Positions 51,743 through 62,454 of a stretch of 64,000 bases of DNA are shown here, in pieces. The translations under genes were made by a program, and so were the position numbers. This DNA is from a bacterium (GTDB taxonomy: Bacteria; SAR324; NAC60-12): the NCBI GenBank assembly GCA_965233585.1, contig CBDDTI010000745.1:384001-448000 (forward strand), in the 5' to 3' direction. Under the pieces are notes generated by a model. It was not told the origin of the DNA. It did not search any database and saw only the letters and a program-made list of their open reading frames with translations. How positions within the stretch are numbered: the stretch's first letter is position 1; each line of letters opens with the position of its first letter.

Positions 51743-54700
51743 ATGACTTTTCTACGTATTCTTCTGTTGTCCTGCATCACCTTTTCCTCTGCACTTCCTG
51801 CATATCCCCAAGAAGAAGTCGCTTTAAAAGAATACCTTTGGCAACGCATTTATTACACCTTCATCAATGGTGAAAAATCCCTTGCCTATGTCAATGAATT
51901 TGTCCGTCCTTTGCTCACTTTTGGAGACCTCAATGGGGACGGAGAACCTGATTTATTGGTTGGGAAACTAGATGGCACCGTTGCCTATTTTGAAAAAACA
52001 GAAGAAGGCTTTCAGCTGATTGAAGAACAAATGAAAGTTTGGACTAAACAGGCTGATGGAAGCCGTATGTTGAAAAAAATTGACGTTGGAGGTGCCGCCG
52101 CTCCAGAACTTGGAGACTTAGATGGTGATGGTGATTTGGATTTACTCATTGGCTCAAAAGATGGCAGTCTTTTTTATTATGTGAATCAAGGCAACAAGGT
52201 TTTGCATGCCTTAGAGTTGGAAAGTTCTGCATATATGTTCCTGCGTCCGGGCAATGACAGTGTGCCTCGTTTGCATGACACCAACGCTGACCGCTCACTG
52301 GATTTGATTATTGGAACACGTCAAGGTCGCCTCATGTTCTTTCAAAATGCTGGCACTTCTCTGAACGCTAAGTTTTGCTATGCAGGTGAACCCAACTGTC
52401 CAACACCACCTGTTGAGATTGGCAACATCTCACCCGAAGTGAATGCTGTCCCTGAATGGGTAGATTGGAATAGAGATGGACTGCCAGACCTTGCGATTGG
52501 TCGTTCTGATGGTCGGATCAGCTTTTACTACAATCAAGGCACTCGTTTCAACCCTCAATGGCAACTGGAATCCAAACGTTTTTTGTTTCTTGACGCTGGA
52601 AGCTATGCTGCTCCCAACTTTTATGATTTGAACAATGACGGATTTGATGACTTGATTTTAAGCAGTGAATCTTCAAACATCGCACTTTATGAAAACCAAG
52701 AGATTTTGAAAAAAACCTTAAAAGACCATTTTCAACAAAACGAAATCAATTGGAATAACCCCGCCCAACGAATCCTTGACCAATTTTGTCAAGAATTTGA
52801 CGTCCTTTTGGAATGCCTGACAACACTCCAAAACCTTTTTGAAATGACCCCACAAATTGAAAGAACACTTGATGCCTACACCTCAGAAATCTTAAAGCCT
52901 CGTCTTGATGACAGAATCCTCGTGGAACAAAAAGAAGAACCCCTAGAGGAAGCCCTTCAAGAACCAAACGAAGAAGAAGAAGAACAACCAGCCCCTGCCC
53001 AAGACCAGCAACAAGATTCTGAAAGCAATGACCAAGAACCCACTTTTTCAAGGCAAGAAAGTTACCGCAATGAGTTATGGCTGGTGTCCAATAACCTACT
53101 TCAGTTTAAATCTTTTATTCCGGGGGATACTCGCGCCATCTTTTCATCAGGAGACTGGGACCAAGATGGAGACCTAGACCTTATTGTTGGTAGTGCTTCA
53201 GGCATGTTATACGGTTATCAAAATGTTGGCACAGCCAAAGAGGCTCGCTGGCAGACTGTTTCTTCCAAAGCATTTGAGCCATTTCAACGGACATTCAGCG
53301 CTCCAACACTTGGCGACCTTGATGGAGACGGAGACCTAGACCTTCTTGTTGGCAGTCAGAAAGGCACAATAGAATGGATTCGCAATGATGGCACAGCCAA
53401 AGAACCAAGATGGGTGACTGCTGAATTAGAGTTTGCCTCTATCTATGCAGGAGAGTACACCGTTCCCATTTTGCATGATTTGAATCAAGACCAAAAACCA
53501 GACCTCATCATTGGCAACAAAAATGGACAACTTCTTGTCTATAACAACAATAACGTTTGGGACTCCTCACCTTCACATGTGTTTAGAACATCAGGAGAGA
53601 ACCACATTGTGCCAATGTTATTTCAATGGGATCAAGACAACACTCTGGACATTGGTTTTGGAAGTGAAAAAGGTTTTTTAAAAACAATCCGTTCTCATGG
53701 AAGCAAGAATTTTCCAACAAATTGGCTTCTTGAAGAATTACCAGTCTCTGAAGTCCAAATGCCTCCTCAGTTGGCACCCCATGCAATAGACCTCAACGGA
53801 GATGGACAAGCAGACATTCTTGCCAGCAATCAATCTGGAGCCGTCACAGCATGGCTCAATCTTGGGCAAAGAAAAGAAGAAAAAAAGGAGGTTGTCAAAG
53901 CTGCCATTCCAGAAACACCTCCAGTAGAAACTCAATTTGAGGAATTAACGCCAGAAGTCAAAAAATTGCCCAAAATTCCACCAAAGTTTGAAAGGGTGAG
54001 TTCATCTTACCTGACACCCCACCCACCCAAAAGGTCTGCTCCTGCCTTTATGAATGTTGACGGAGATCAAGACCTAGATTTGATTGTTGGCACACGCAGT
54101 GGTGCTTTGTGGCTTTACCTAAACAAAGGGACTGCTCAAAAACCTGTCTGGGAGCTGGATTCAAAAAACTTTTTGCAATATCAGGATTATCCAAACTCTA
54201 CGCCATTGGTTGCTGATTTGGACAATGATGGAGACCAAGACTTGATTGTGAGCAGTGCCACAGGAGTTTTAGCCTATTGGAAGAATGAAGGAGCAGCAGA
54301 CTTTCCAGAACTGGTAAGGGATTTCGTGACGTTGAGCAAGGTCAATGCAGGGTTGAATTCTGTCCCTGCTGTCTTAGACCTCAATCAAGACCAGCTCCCC
54401 GATTTAATCATTGGCATTTTTCGTGGAACATTGGTGCAGTATCAACAATCCATCAATGGACAACTTCCCAAATTCAGTCTGACTAACAGAAGGTATCTTG
54501 ACCTAGATGTTGGAGTTGGCGCCTTACCCATTTTTATAGACCTAGACCGAGACCAACAAGTTGAGCTGATTGTTGGATCTGATAGTGGCAAACTGAAAGT
54601 CTTCAAACAAACAAAAGCAGAAAATCCAAAATCTCTCATTCAGTGGCAAGAAGACACCTCATTCAAGTTGTTTTCCATGCCGATTGGGGCAATCCCTACT

Positions 54701-54793
54701 TTTGCTGACATTGATGCAGATGGAGACATGGACGCATTGGTCGGTAGTGAGGCAGGAACACTCTATTTTTACGAAAATCAAAGTCGTCCCTAA
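51743..54793 (+). CDS. Secreted FG-GAP/VCBS repeat beta-propeller protein
   Basis: Signal peptide; many DxD/NGDGDxDLxxG repeats with YYxNxGT strands; acidic Glu/Gln-rich linker. Confidence 0.88.
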   Translation: MTFLRILLLSCITFSSALPAYPQEEVALKEYLWQRIYYTFINGEKSLAYVNEFVRPLLTFGDLNGDGEPDLLVGKLDGTVAYFEKTEEGFQLIEEQMKVWTKQADGSRMLKKIDVGGAAAPELGDLDGDGDLDLLIGSKDGSLFYYVNQGNKVLHALELESSAYMFLRPGNDSVPRLHDTNADRSLDLIIGTRQGRLMFFQNAGTSLNAKFCYAGEPNCPTPPVEIGNISPEVNAVPEWVDWNRDGLPDLAIGRSDGRISFYYNQGTRFNPQWQLESKRFLFLDAGSYAAPNFYDLNNDGFDDLILSSESSNIALYENQEILKKTLKDHFQQNEINWNNPAQRILDQFCQEFDVLLECLTTLQNLFEMTPQIERTLDAYTSEILKPRLDDRILVEQKEEPLEEALQEPNEEEEEQPAPAQDQQQDSESNDQEPTFSRQESYRNELWLVSNNLLQFKSFIPGDTRAIFSSGDWDQDGDLDLIVGSASGMLYGYQNVGTAKEARWQTVSSKAFEPFQRTFSAPTLGDLDGDGDLDLLVGSQKGTIEWIRNDGTAKEPRWVTAELEFASIYAGEYTVPILHDLNQDQKPDLIIGNKNGQLLVYNNNNVWDSSPSHVFRTSGENHIVPMLFQWDQDNTLDIGFGSEKGFLKTIRSHGSKNFPTNWLLEELPVSEVQMPPQLAPHAIDLNGDGQADILASNQSGAVTAWLNLGQRKEEKKEVVKAAIPETPPVETQFEELTPEVKKLPKIPPKFERVSSSYLTPHPPKRSAPAFMNVDGDQDLDLIVGTRSGALWLYLNKGTAQKPVWELDSKNFLQYQDYPNSTPLVADLDNDGDQDLIVSSATGVLAYWKNEGAADFPELVRDFVTLSKVNAGLNSVPAVLDLNQDQLPDLIIGIFRGTLVQYQQSINGQLPKFSLTNRRYLDLDVGVGALPIFIDLDRDQQVELIVGSDSGKLKVFKQTKAENPKSLIQWQEDTSFKLFSMPIGAIPTFADIDADGDMDALVGSEAGTLYFYENQSRP

Positions 54794-54858
54794 ATTTTTT
54801 GACAAAATATTTTTAAAAGCATTTGACCCTGCTTCAAACACCAAACTTGACAGATTTC

Positions 54859-54887
54859 TTGAAAGATTTGTTTGATGTGGCTAGAAT
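54859..54887 (+). promoter_or_regulatory. Putative sigma70 promoter
   Basis: TTGAAA-N17-TAGAAT upstream of the small membrane ORF and hpf. Confidence 0.45.
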
Positions 54888-54954
54888 CTAAGCATTGACT
54901 TCACCAATCAATTTGTGTAGCATTGCCTTCTTTAAGCCAGAGATTTTTAAAAAA

Positions 54955-55146
54955 ATGCGTATCTTAATCCTTGTGGGCATTGGTGTTGCCTCTTTTCTTC
55001 TGTTCTTTATTCCCGGATATTTCTTGTTTGTTTCTAACGATGAATCAATGGATCAAGTTCCGACAGCTTTGGACCAAAGCGACATAGAGCCTTTGCCTCC
55101 TCCCGCTTTTCCTGAGACGCCCGGAGCAGAACCCAATTCTGGTTAG
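54955..55146 (+). CDS. Small single-pass membrane hypothetical protein
   Basis: MRILILVGIGVASFLLFFIPGYFLFV hydrophobic segment, then an acidic/Pro-rich tail. Confidence 0.5.
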   Translation: MRILILVGIGVASFLLFFIPGYFLFVSNDESMDQVPTALDQSDIEPLPPPAFPETPGAEPNSG

Positions 55147-55185
55147 CTTCATCAATCTTTAACCTTATTCCTTTGCAAAAATACT

Positions 55186-55515
55186 ATGTCTATACATGTC
55201 TCATTTAAAAACCTGAAACAGTCTGAAACAGTCATTGAACATGTGGAAGACCTCATGGCAGACCTTGTCAAAATGACAGATGGCAGATGCCCCTTTCATG
55301 TCAATTTAAACAAAAAAAATGACGAGACTCATCATGTCAACATCATCTGTCACTTCAGAGGAAAGTCTCTTGCCAGCGAAGCAGACCACGAAAACCTTTA
55401 TAAAGCGTTGTCTAAAAGCGTGCAATCTATGAAGACACAGGTGATTCGTAGGAACGAAAAACAAAACGCACATCACTCACTCACTCCCGATTCAGCTGAA
55501 TCCTCTACCCTTTAA
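55186..55515 (+). CDS. HPF/RaiA family ribosome-associated protein
   Basis: MSIHVSFKNLKQSETVIEHVE...ASEADHENLYKAL...KTQVIRRNEK pattern, 109 aa. Confidence 0.8.
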   Translation: MSIHVSFKNLKQSETVIEHVEDLMADLVKMTDGRCPFHVNLNKKNDETHHVNIICHFRGKSLASEADHENLYKALSKSVQSMKTQVIRRNEKQNAHHSLTPDSAESSTL

Positions 55516-55524
55516 AACTCTTAA

Positions 55525-58500
55525 ATGTTCAAGAATTTTTCTTTATTCTTGATAATCCTGTCTTCTTTAGGGTTAGGTGGATTCTACCTGACCCGCTACT
55601 CTCTTAATCATTTTGAACAGGTTGTTTTGTCTTACACAGGTCTGCGTCCTGTTGTTGGGGGTTTTTCATGGCAACACAACCCAGACCAAACTCTGGACAT
55701 CATTTTGGAAGACACTGCTTTGTTTTCTGAAGGTCAGCAACGCAATGTTTTTTCACTAAAAAAGTTGTACGTCCGTTTGAATCTTGATGCCATTTGGAAG
55801 GCAAAACTTCATCTTTTAGATTTCACCTTAGATTCTCCCAAAATGGAGCTATTCATTGATGAAGAAAGCAAAGTGTATCTGGGAGAGTGGAAACTGCCAA
55901 TGAGTTTAAAAACTGCTAGCAATGCTCAATCTTTCATACAAATTGACAAAAAGTTCTTAGTTCAAAATGGTCAAATCTCCTTCAAATATGGTCAATTCAT
56001 TAATCATCAGTTGCAAAATCTTAACATTCATCTTCAAGAGACGGACAACTCACAAGTAATAGTTGGCACTGCAAACTTGGCAAGGGAGCAACAAGAGGCA
56101 GGCGATCTTGCCTTCTTTGCTACATTTCAACAAGACAAGCTGGAAGTCAAATATCAAGCCAAAGACTTCCAAATGCTTTTTGCATCTCCGTCAAATATTT
56201 CAAAAATACAAAGCACTTTGGGCATAGAAGGTCGTTACCTTTTCAATAAAGCCACCAAGCAACACACTCTATTCACAAACTTTCAGGCTCAAGAGACCCT
56301 TTTGCAAACGTTCCAACCTGTCAAACAGTCCATTGCATTTGGAAAAATAAAAGGGTTGATAGACTGGGACAGCAAGCGAGATGGTCAAGTCATACAGATT
56401 AACGTTGAACCTTTTCAATTTCCTCTTGGAAGACTAAAGACCAACATCACACTCAATGTTTCAGAGGACTCTCTTGTCAAAGTCAACTTGACAAGCACAC
56501 CCTTCAGCATTGAAGAAGCAAAACCTTATCTTTTGATGTTTGTGCCACCAGAGGCAACAGATTGGATCAACCGCTCTTTGCTGGGTGGCAACGTTCAAGA
56601 TTTAACTGCACAAATTGAGCTTCCATTTGACAGCCCCAGCATGCTCAAACCTCAATTTCACCTTAAAGCAAATGTTTCTGAAGCAAGCATTGAAACTTAC
56701 GGAGGACTGCCCCAATTCAGGCAAGCGGCAGGTAGCCTTGTTGTCAACAATGAAGGCTTATTTGTCAATGTGGCAAAAGGAAGGTTTTCATCAGTTCAAG
56801 CTAAAGGAGTTGTGGAAATTTTGTTTGATTCGCCTCAAGGTCATGTTCCTTTAAAGGTGGAAGCATCAGGAACGGGTCAAATCAGCCCCGTTTGGCAGGA
56901 CGTGCAACAGTTCTTAGACCTAGAAGTGCTTAATTCACTGACATTGCAAGGCACTGCTGACGCAGCTTTCAGCTTGAAGACCAATTTAGATGATGACTCT
57001 GCTTGGGATATGCTGGTGCATGTGAAACCACAAAAAAGCTCAGGTTTGTTTCAACAGCAAAGAGATTGGAAGTTGGAGCAGATTCAAGGAGATATTTTGG
57101 TCTCCCTTAATGACATCACCTTTCAAAAGGTGCAAACCAAATTAGAAGGGTTTTCTACAACACTAGACGGAGTGATTCATTTTTTCCCACTTTACGGAGA
57201 AGGTCAGTTGCATCTTGCACAACTTCAAACATTGTTACCGATGATAGACCAGCAGTTTGAACCACTACTTCCCAAAAAACTTGATGCGTTTGCTCAAATT
57301 TCTTTTGAAAGGGACGCTTTTGAAAACATTCTTGTCAAATCACAAATGCAACTTCAAGATGGACAAGGAGGCAAGACCAGCGGAACATTGAACTTTGACA
57401 CCTCACACATCAACTTGACACAACAAGGAAGGCTTGCAGGCTCAAAAATCAATCTGCAATACAATCTGGAACACTACAAATTAGAACATCAATCAGGCAA
57501 CTTGGAAATTGAAAATAATGATTTACAGCTCAAACTTGACTTAAAAGCCTCCTCAAATTCCTATGTTGTGGACGTTGATGCCAATGAGATTGACATTGAA
57601 AAAGCGATGCAATGGCAACTTTCCCCCAAGCTGCTCAGCTGGTTTCCTAACCTGTCAAACAATTCTTCATTTTCTGCTCAATCCATCAGTGCCAACCTTG
57701 ATATTCAAAAGGTCATGATCATGCAGTACGAAGGTTTATTACAAGGACGTTTTAATTTTAAAAGGTATGATTCATCTAGTTATGAAGTCAAGGCATCTCA
57801 AGTCAAACTTGATGGCGTACAAGGCAGCGGACTTTTTAAACAGACCCAAAGTCAAAACTTTGTCACGCTTAATTTTCAATTCATTGACCTGCCAAAAATT
57901 CATTCATATTACCAAAAATTTTATCCCACATTTAAAAACTCAACCCCTTCTATGTCTGAAACGGGGTTGTATCATGTAGATTTTTCTATTTACGCATCTC
58001 AAGTCAAATTTTCTGAAGATTTTGTCATTCCAATTCAAACAGAAGGTTCATTCAACATTGCGGATAACAGACAACTCATTTATGCCATTTTTGATCAATT
58101 TCAGTGGGGAGACCAGACTTTGCAACTCTATCTGGTGGATTATCAAGAAGATTTAAAGCTCTATCTCTATTCTCCCAAAGTGCTGTTAGAACCTTATCTT
58201 GAACTTTTTCAACAATTCTCTTTTTTAACAGAGGGAACAGAAGGCAAGGATTCTGCTGATGTTTCGGTAGGCATTCAACTGGTGACCCCAAACTTCCAGA
58301 TAGACCCTCAAATGACAGTGTCTTTGAACACAACCTTTGAGCTTCAAACCCAAGCAGATGATGCCTTTAAACTTAATTTTCAATACCTTGCTTTAAACCA
58401 TTACCAGATGAGGGGAAAGATGTCTCTTGACCAAAACGATGAGAACAATACAAACAATGTGAACATTCAAGCAACATTTGATGACCTCAACTTGTTACTA

Positions 58501-59775
58501 CTCTACCAAGACATCAAACGATGGTCTCCCATTCTCCGTCAACGTTTGATAACAGACTCTCAATCTGCTCAACCTACCGAATCCCACAAAGAATGGTCTG
58601 TTCAATTTGACTTGCAAACCAGTCAGTTGTTCCTTTCTCAACTTGAGACGCCTAGCCTATGGGAGTTACAAAAAGCTAAAGAGTTGACTCTGCAAGGTCA
58701 GTTAGATTTAAGTCCGCAGCAAAGTCATTTACAAATAGACCATTTTCGGTGGGGAGGTCAAAAAGCATCAGGCAAGGCAAACTTGGAAAAAGAAGAATGG
58801 AAGGTATTATTAGACTTTCAACGTTTTGAGCTTCAAGAATGGCTTGATGTGTCTCATTTGATTACAATGTCCCAACCACAGCAAACTAACGATCAGTCTT
58901 CCAATCTTTGGGCTTTTCAGCTTCCAGATTTGTGCCTAGATTTTCAGCTGACTGCTGAGCAATTCCTGTTAAAAGCAGAAGAGTTAGACGATTTAGAATT
59001 GGCTTTTCAGGTGGACGATCAATTACTTGCCATTCATCAACTACGTTGGAGCAAAAATAATGAACAAGTGTTGTCTCTCAACACCACTTTAAGCCCTAAA
59101 GACCAAGAATGGCAGGGAACGTTCAAAAGTGAGATTCAAAGTATTGATGCCTTGCTTGACTTCTTCATTGCATCAGATTCTACCGAATCCTCATCATATT
59201 TGACCCAACGTTCCAATGCTTTGTTAGAAGGAAAGGTGAAATTGGTTCAACTTCCAGAAGGTCTATGGCAACCTGAAATAGACTTTGATTTTACTTTAGA
59301 AGATGGGTCAATTTTGGAAGAATCCACGACTGCCTTGATTCTTGCACCCATTTCTATTCAAAGTTATGTCCGACTCTTCAAGGGGGAGTCTTCTACTTTC
59401 ACACAAGAAGAAATTGTTTATGACAAGATTCATGCACAAGGCAAACTTCAAGGTGCTTTTTTGTCTCTTGAAAGTTTTATCTTTGAAACACCCTTGTTTA
59501 ACTTAGCAGCATCAGGTGAAGCAAAGTTTGACACAGAACAAGCCAGAATGCTTGTTTGCTTGCAACCCTTCAATACATTGGATAGCCTGATTCAAAACAT
59601 TCCTGCAGTTGGCGAGTCATTAGTCAGCGAGTATGGAGGTATTTTTGAGGGTTGTTATTTGAATATTCAGGAGTTTGGAGAGAACACTCAAATCTTTTTA
59701 CCAACTTCTATTGTCCCCGGCGCTTTGAAAAATCATTTGCTGACCGACCCTTCATTTGAGACTTCTAGCAGTTAA
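55525..59775 (+). CDS. AsmA-like / YhdP-type bridge-like envelope protein
   Basis: N-terminal TM anchor, long beta-rich body, DWINRSLLGGNV, C-terminal AsmA_2-like IVYDKIHAQG...TLDSLIQNIPAVG. Confidence 0.7.
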   Translation: MFKNFSLFLIILSSLGLGGFYLTRYSLNHFEQVVLSYTGLRPVVGGFSWQHNPDQTLDIILEDTALFSEGQQRNVFSLKKLYVRLNLDAIWKAKLHLLDFTLDSPKMELFIDEESKVYLGEWKLPMSLKTASNAQSFIQIDKKFLVQNGQISFKYGQFINHQLQNLNIHLQETDNSQVIVGTANLAREQQEAGDLAFFATFQQDKLEVKYQAKDFQMLFASPSNISKIQSTLGIEGRYLFNKATKQHTLFTNFQAQETLLQTFQPVKQSIAFGKIKGLIDWDSKRDGQVIQINVEPFQFPLGRLKTNITLNVSEDSLVKVNLTSTPFSIEEAKPYLLMFVPPEATDWINRSLLGGNVQDLTAQIELPFDSPSMLKPQFHLKANVSEASIETYGGLPQFRQAAGSLVVNNEGLFVNVAKGRFSSVQAKGVVEILFDSPQGHVPLKVEASGTGQISPVWQDVQQFLDLEVLNSLTLQGTADAAFSLKTNLDDDSAWDMLVHVKPQKSSGLFQQQRDWKLEQIQGDILVSLNDITFQKVQTKLEGFSTTLDGVIHFFPLYGEGQLHLAQLQTLLPMIDQQFEPLLPKKLDAFAQISFERDAFENILVKSQMQLQDGQGGKTSGTLNFDTSHINLTQQGRLAGSKINLQYNLEHYKLEHQSGNLEIENNDLQLKLDLKASSNSYVVDVDANEIDIEKAMQWQLSPKLLSWFPNLSNNSSFSAQSISANLDIQKVMIMQYEGLLQGRFNFKRYDSSSYEVKASQVKLDGVQGSGLFKQTQSQNFVTLNFQFIDLPKIHSYYQKFYPTFKNSTPSMSETGLYHVDFSIYASQVKFSEDFVIPIQTEGSFNIADNRQLIYAIFDQFQWGDQTLQLYLVDYQEDLKLYLYSPKVLLEPYLELFQQFSFLTEGTEGKDSADVSVGIQLVTPNFQIDPQMTVSLNTTFELQTQADDAFKLNFQYLALNHYQMRGKMSLDQNDENNTNNVNIQATFDDLNLLLLYQDIKRWSPILRQRLITDSQSAQPTESHKEWSVQFDLQTSQLFLSQLETPSLWELQKAKELTLQGQLDLSPQQSHLQIDHFRWGGQKASGKANLEKEEWKVLLDFQRFELQEWLDVSHLITMSQPQQTNDQSSNLWAFQLPDLCLDFQLTAEQFLLKAEELDDLELAFQVDDQLLAIHQLRWSKNNEQVLSLNTTLSPKDQEWQGTFKSEIQSIDALLDFFIASDSTESSSYLTQRSNALLEGKVKLVQLPEGLWQPEIDFDFTLEDGSILEESTTALILAPISIQSYVRLFKGESSTFTQEEIVYDKIHAQGKLQGAFLSLESFIFETPLFNLAASGEAKFDTEQARMLVCLQPFNTLDSLIQNIPAVGESLVSEYGGIFEGCYLNIQEFGENTQIFLPTSIVPGALKNHLLTDPSFETSSS

Positions 59776-59832
59776 TTCTGCTAATTAACAAAAATTTCTG
59801 TTCACCATTCGCAACCCTTATCCTATTTTCTT

Positions 59833-60480
59833 ATGACACAAATTGACCTTAAAACATTACGACAAGAATACATGCTTGCAGGTTTAACACGCAGTGATTT
59901 AAATCTGAACCCTTTTGAGCAGTTCCAAAAATGGTTTCAACAAGCGTGTGACTCCCAAATTCCCATGCCAAATGCCATGCTCCTTGCCACAGTAGATTTG
60001 TCAGGGAATCCCTCAACAAGAGCAGTCTTGTTGAATGAGCTACAAGATGAAAGATTCTTATTTTTTACAAACTATGGAAGTAGCAAGGGGCAACACATTC
60101 AAAATCATTCTACTGTGAGCTTGCATTTTCTGTGGGCGGCACTTGAAAGGCAAATCAGGATTGTAGGCACTGCCACAAAAACAAGTTTGGAACAATCCCA
60201 AAAATACTTTGCCTCGCGCCCCAGAGGCAGTCAGATTTCAGCATGGTCATCTCAACAAAGCCAGCCTGTGAACTCACGTGCAGATTTAGAAGCAGACTTT
60301 GAAACCTTTAGCAAAAAATTTGAAGGTCAAGACGTCCCTTTGCCTGAACACTGGGGAGGCTATGCTGTCCAAGCCACTCATTTTGAGTTTTGGCAAGGTC
60401 GCAGAGACCGTTTGCATGACCGCTTTCAATACCAGCTAGATGCACAAAATCATTGGACTATCCAAAGGCTGTCTCCTTAA
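59833..60480 (+). CDS. pdxH: Pyridoxine/pyridoxamine 5'-phosphate oxidase
   Basis: LRQEY, PNAMLLAT, FFTNYGSSKG, YFASRPRGSQ, EFWQGRRDRLHDR, RLSP. Confidence 0.97.
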   Translation: MTQIDLKTLRQEYMLAGLTRSDLNLNPFEQFQKWFQQACDSQIPMPNAMLLATVDLSGNPSTRAVLLNELQDERFLFFTNYGSSKGQHIQNHSTVSLHFLWAALERQIRIVGTATKTSLEQSQKYFASRPRGSQISAWSSQQSQPVNSRADLEADFETFSKKFEGQDVPLPEHWGGYAVQATHFEFWQGRRDRLHDRFQYQLDAQNHWTIQRLSP

Positions 60481-60518
60481 CTGCTACGTCAGACTTTGCC
60501 TACCAGAAGAGTCTCTTT

Positions 60519-60842
60519 GTCATTGAATGCTTGATACAAAATCTCAAAGAAAGAACATGAATACTCTCAAAAAAGAGAGATTGCGGGTCAAGCCCGCAAT
60601 GACTAAGTCCAAGTTAAGCAATAACCAAAAGAAACAAACACGTCACTTGAGTTTTTGACACAAAATCTCAAAGAAAGAACATGAATACTCTCAAAAAAGA
60701 GAGATTGCGGGTCAAGCCTGCAATGACGGGAGGCTTCTTTTCCCCTTCTTTGAAGGTCAACAAGCCAGCGGCTTGTTGCTGGCGGGCGTGCCTGACGGGG
60801 TAGTCCTTACTTCTTCGCCATGGCTCACCTTGATCCGCAACT
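60519..60842. repeat. REP-like palindrome cluster
   Basis: GAGATTGCGGGTCAAGCCCGCAATGAC at 60577 and a variant at 60701, with degenerate GTCA... partners and a duplicated linker. Confidence 0.88.
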
Positions 60843-61487
60843 ATTCCTGTTTATCCTCTATTTTTCTTTTACTTTATTTTCAACTCTTTCTTAAAAAATC
60901 TGCTAGACTAGATGTTTTTAAATTTAGAAAATTTCAGCTGAGAGGTCAGGATGTCAGAACGTTTAGATAGAATAGAAAAAATCTTAGCAGAAGCCAGTAT
61001 CATTGCTAAAGAAGCCAGTATCATTGCTAAAGAAGCCCATGAAACAGTCAAAGCTGTTGCCAAACAGCAAGAAAAAACTGATGCTCAAATTGCAAGAACT
61101 GATGCCCAAATTGCCAAAGTATCTAAACAACTAGGGGGTTTTGTTAACAACGCAGGTTTAATCCTAGAAGACCGAATCTATCGTTGTTTTGAAGAGGCTT
61201 TAGGACAGAACATTTCTATTGAAATAGAAGGCATTCACTATGACCGTCTCAACAGGAATATCAGTGGAAAATTTGGTCCAACAACTGGACAATATGACAT
61301 CTCTTTGTTCAATCACGACCATGTCTTGATTATAGAAGTCAAAAGAAAAGCACATGTCAACGACATTGAGCAGATTCTCAAGCAAAAGCAAACCTTTCCT
61401 ATTGTTTTTCCTCACTTCAAAAATTTTACCTTTCACTTAGCATTAGCCAGTGAATCTTTTGACAAAGATTTGATGCAAGAAGCCAAA
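60632..61487 (+). repeat. Long direct repeat, copy 1 (copy 2 at 63145 to window end; offset 2513 bp)
   Basis: Near-identical REP doublet + upstream region + coiled-coil/nuclease ORF. Confidence 0.95.
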
Positions 61488-61547
61488 GCCAACCAGATTT
61501 ACCTAATGCAAGAAAAAGCAGGAGTCATTCAAATCATTGCTCCCTAA
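60951..61547 (+). CDS. Heptad coiled-coil + PD-(D/E)XK-like nuclease-fold protein (DUF3782-like)
   Basis: EASIIAK x2 (exact 21-bp tandem at 60990), KTDAQIA/RTDAQIA, then GLILE...QYDI...IIEVK motif. Confidence 0.7.
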   Translation: MSERLDRIEKILAEASIIAKEASIIAKEAHETVKAVAKQQEKTDAQIARTDAQIAKVSKQLGGFVNNAGLILEDRIYRCFEEALGQNISIEIEGIHYDRLNRNISGKFGPTTGQYDISLFNHDHVLIIEVKRKAHVNDIEQILKQKQTFPIVFPHFKNFTFHLALASESFDKDLMQEAKANQIYLMQEKAGVIQIIAP

Positions 61548-61574
61548 CAGCTTAAACTTCCTTCCTTCCTTCTC

Positions 61575-61925
61575 CGTCATTCCGCACTTGATGCGGAATC
61601 TTAAAAACAAGAGTATGAACACTTTCAAAAAAGAGAGATTGCGGGTCAAGCCCGCAATGACTAAGAAACAAGCACATCATTTGAGCTTTTGACACAGAAT
61701 CTCAAACGCTCTCCGTCATTCCGCACTTGATGCGGAATCTATCACCAAACCAAGCATGGATTCCTAGCGTGAATGGATTCCTGCGAAAGCAGGAATGACA
61801 ACTATTGTCATTGAGTTTTTGACACAAAATCTCTCTTAAACCAAGCATGGATTCCTAGCGTGAATGGATTCCTGCGAAAGCAGGAATGACAGGAGAAGTT
61901 TGCAGGCTTGACACGGAATGATGGT
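61575..61925. repeat. REP-like palindrome cluster (inverted doublets)
   Basis: GTCATTCCGCACTTGATGCGGAATC x2, GAGATTGCGGGTCAAGCCCGCAATGAC at 61635, GATTCCTGCGAAAGCAGGAATGAC x2; the doublet at ~61714 shares its linker with the reverse complement of 755-824. Confidence 0.9.
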
Positions 61926-62009
61926 TGGCAAGTTGGTACAATTCAGGAGAGATTTCTGTTGGCATATCTAATTCGGCAGTGCACATAGTTAATTTATCTA
62001 TCTTTTTGC

Positions 62010-62038
62010 TTGACAAATTTAGGTTTATCTGGTAGAAC
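62010..62038 (+). promoter_or_regulatory. Putative sigma70 promoter for the two-gene cargo
   Basis: TTGACA-N17-TAGAAC with an extended -10 TG. Confidence 0.4.
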
Positions 62039-62235
62039 AGTGAGTTTATTAATTTCCATTAAGTTAGCTTATCTATAAAGTTAGCTATCTGAACAATTTT
62101 CTCAATCCAATTCAGACAATATTGTCTGATAATTTTACCCTCTAAACCAACAGGCTATTTTCTCCGATTTCTTTCATAGAGTTGACTTAGAGTAAATTAA
62201 CCTCAAAAAACTTCACTGACTTCATTAACATCAAA

Positions 62236-62454
62236 ATGATGAACCTAGATGACTTAGATCAAGAGCTTGAAGCGATTAGCCAAGAGCAACCCCTCAAAAA
62301 TGTATCCAAATTTCAGATCCCTAATGATGAGGAAGATTTTGACTCTATCTCTAAACAAGGTTTGAAATCTATGTCAGAAGATAAAAGCCTTATAGAAGGA
62401 GCCATCAAAATTCAGGAGAAGTTAGAAAAGAATGAATCAAACAGTTGCCAGTGA
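62236..62454 (+). CDS. Small acidic hypothetical protein
   Basis: 72-aa D/E-rich ORF overlapping the next gene by 23 bp. Confidence 0.55.
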   Translation: MMNLDDLDQELEAISQEQPLKNVSKFQIPNDEEDFDSISKQGLKSMSEDKSLIEGAIKIQEKLEKNESNSCQ

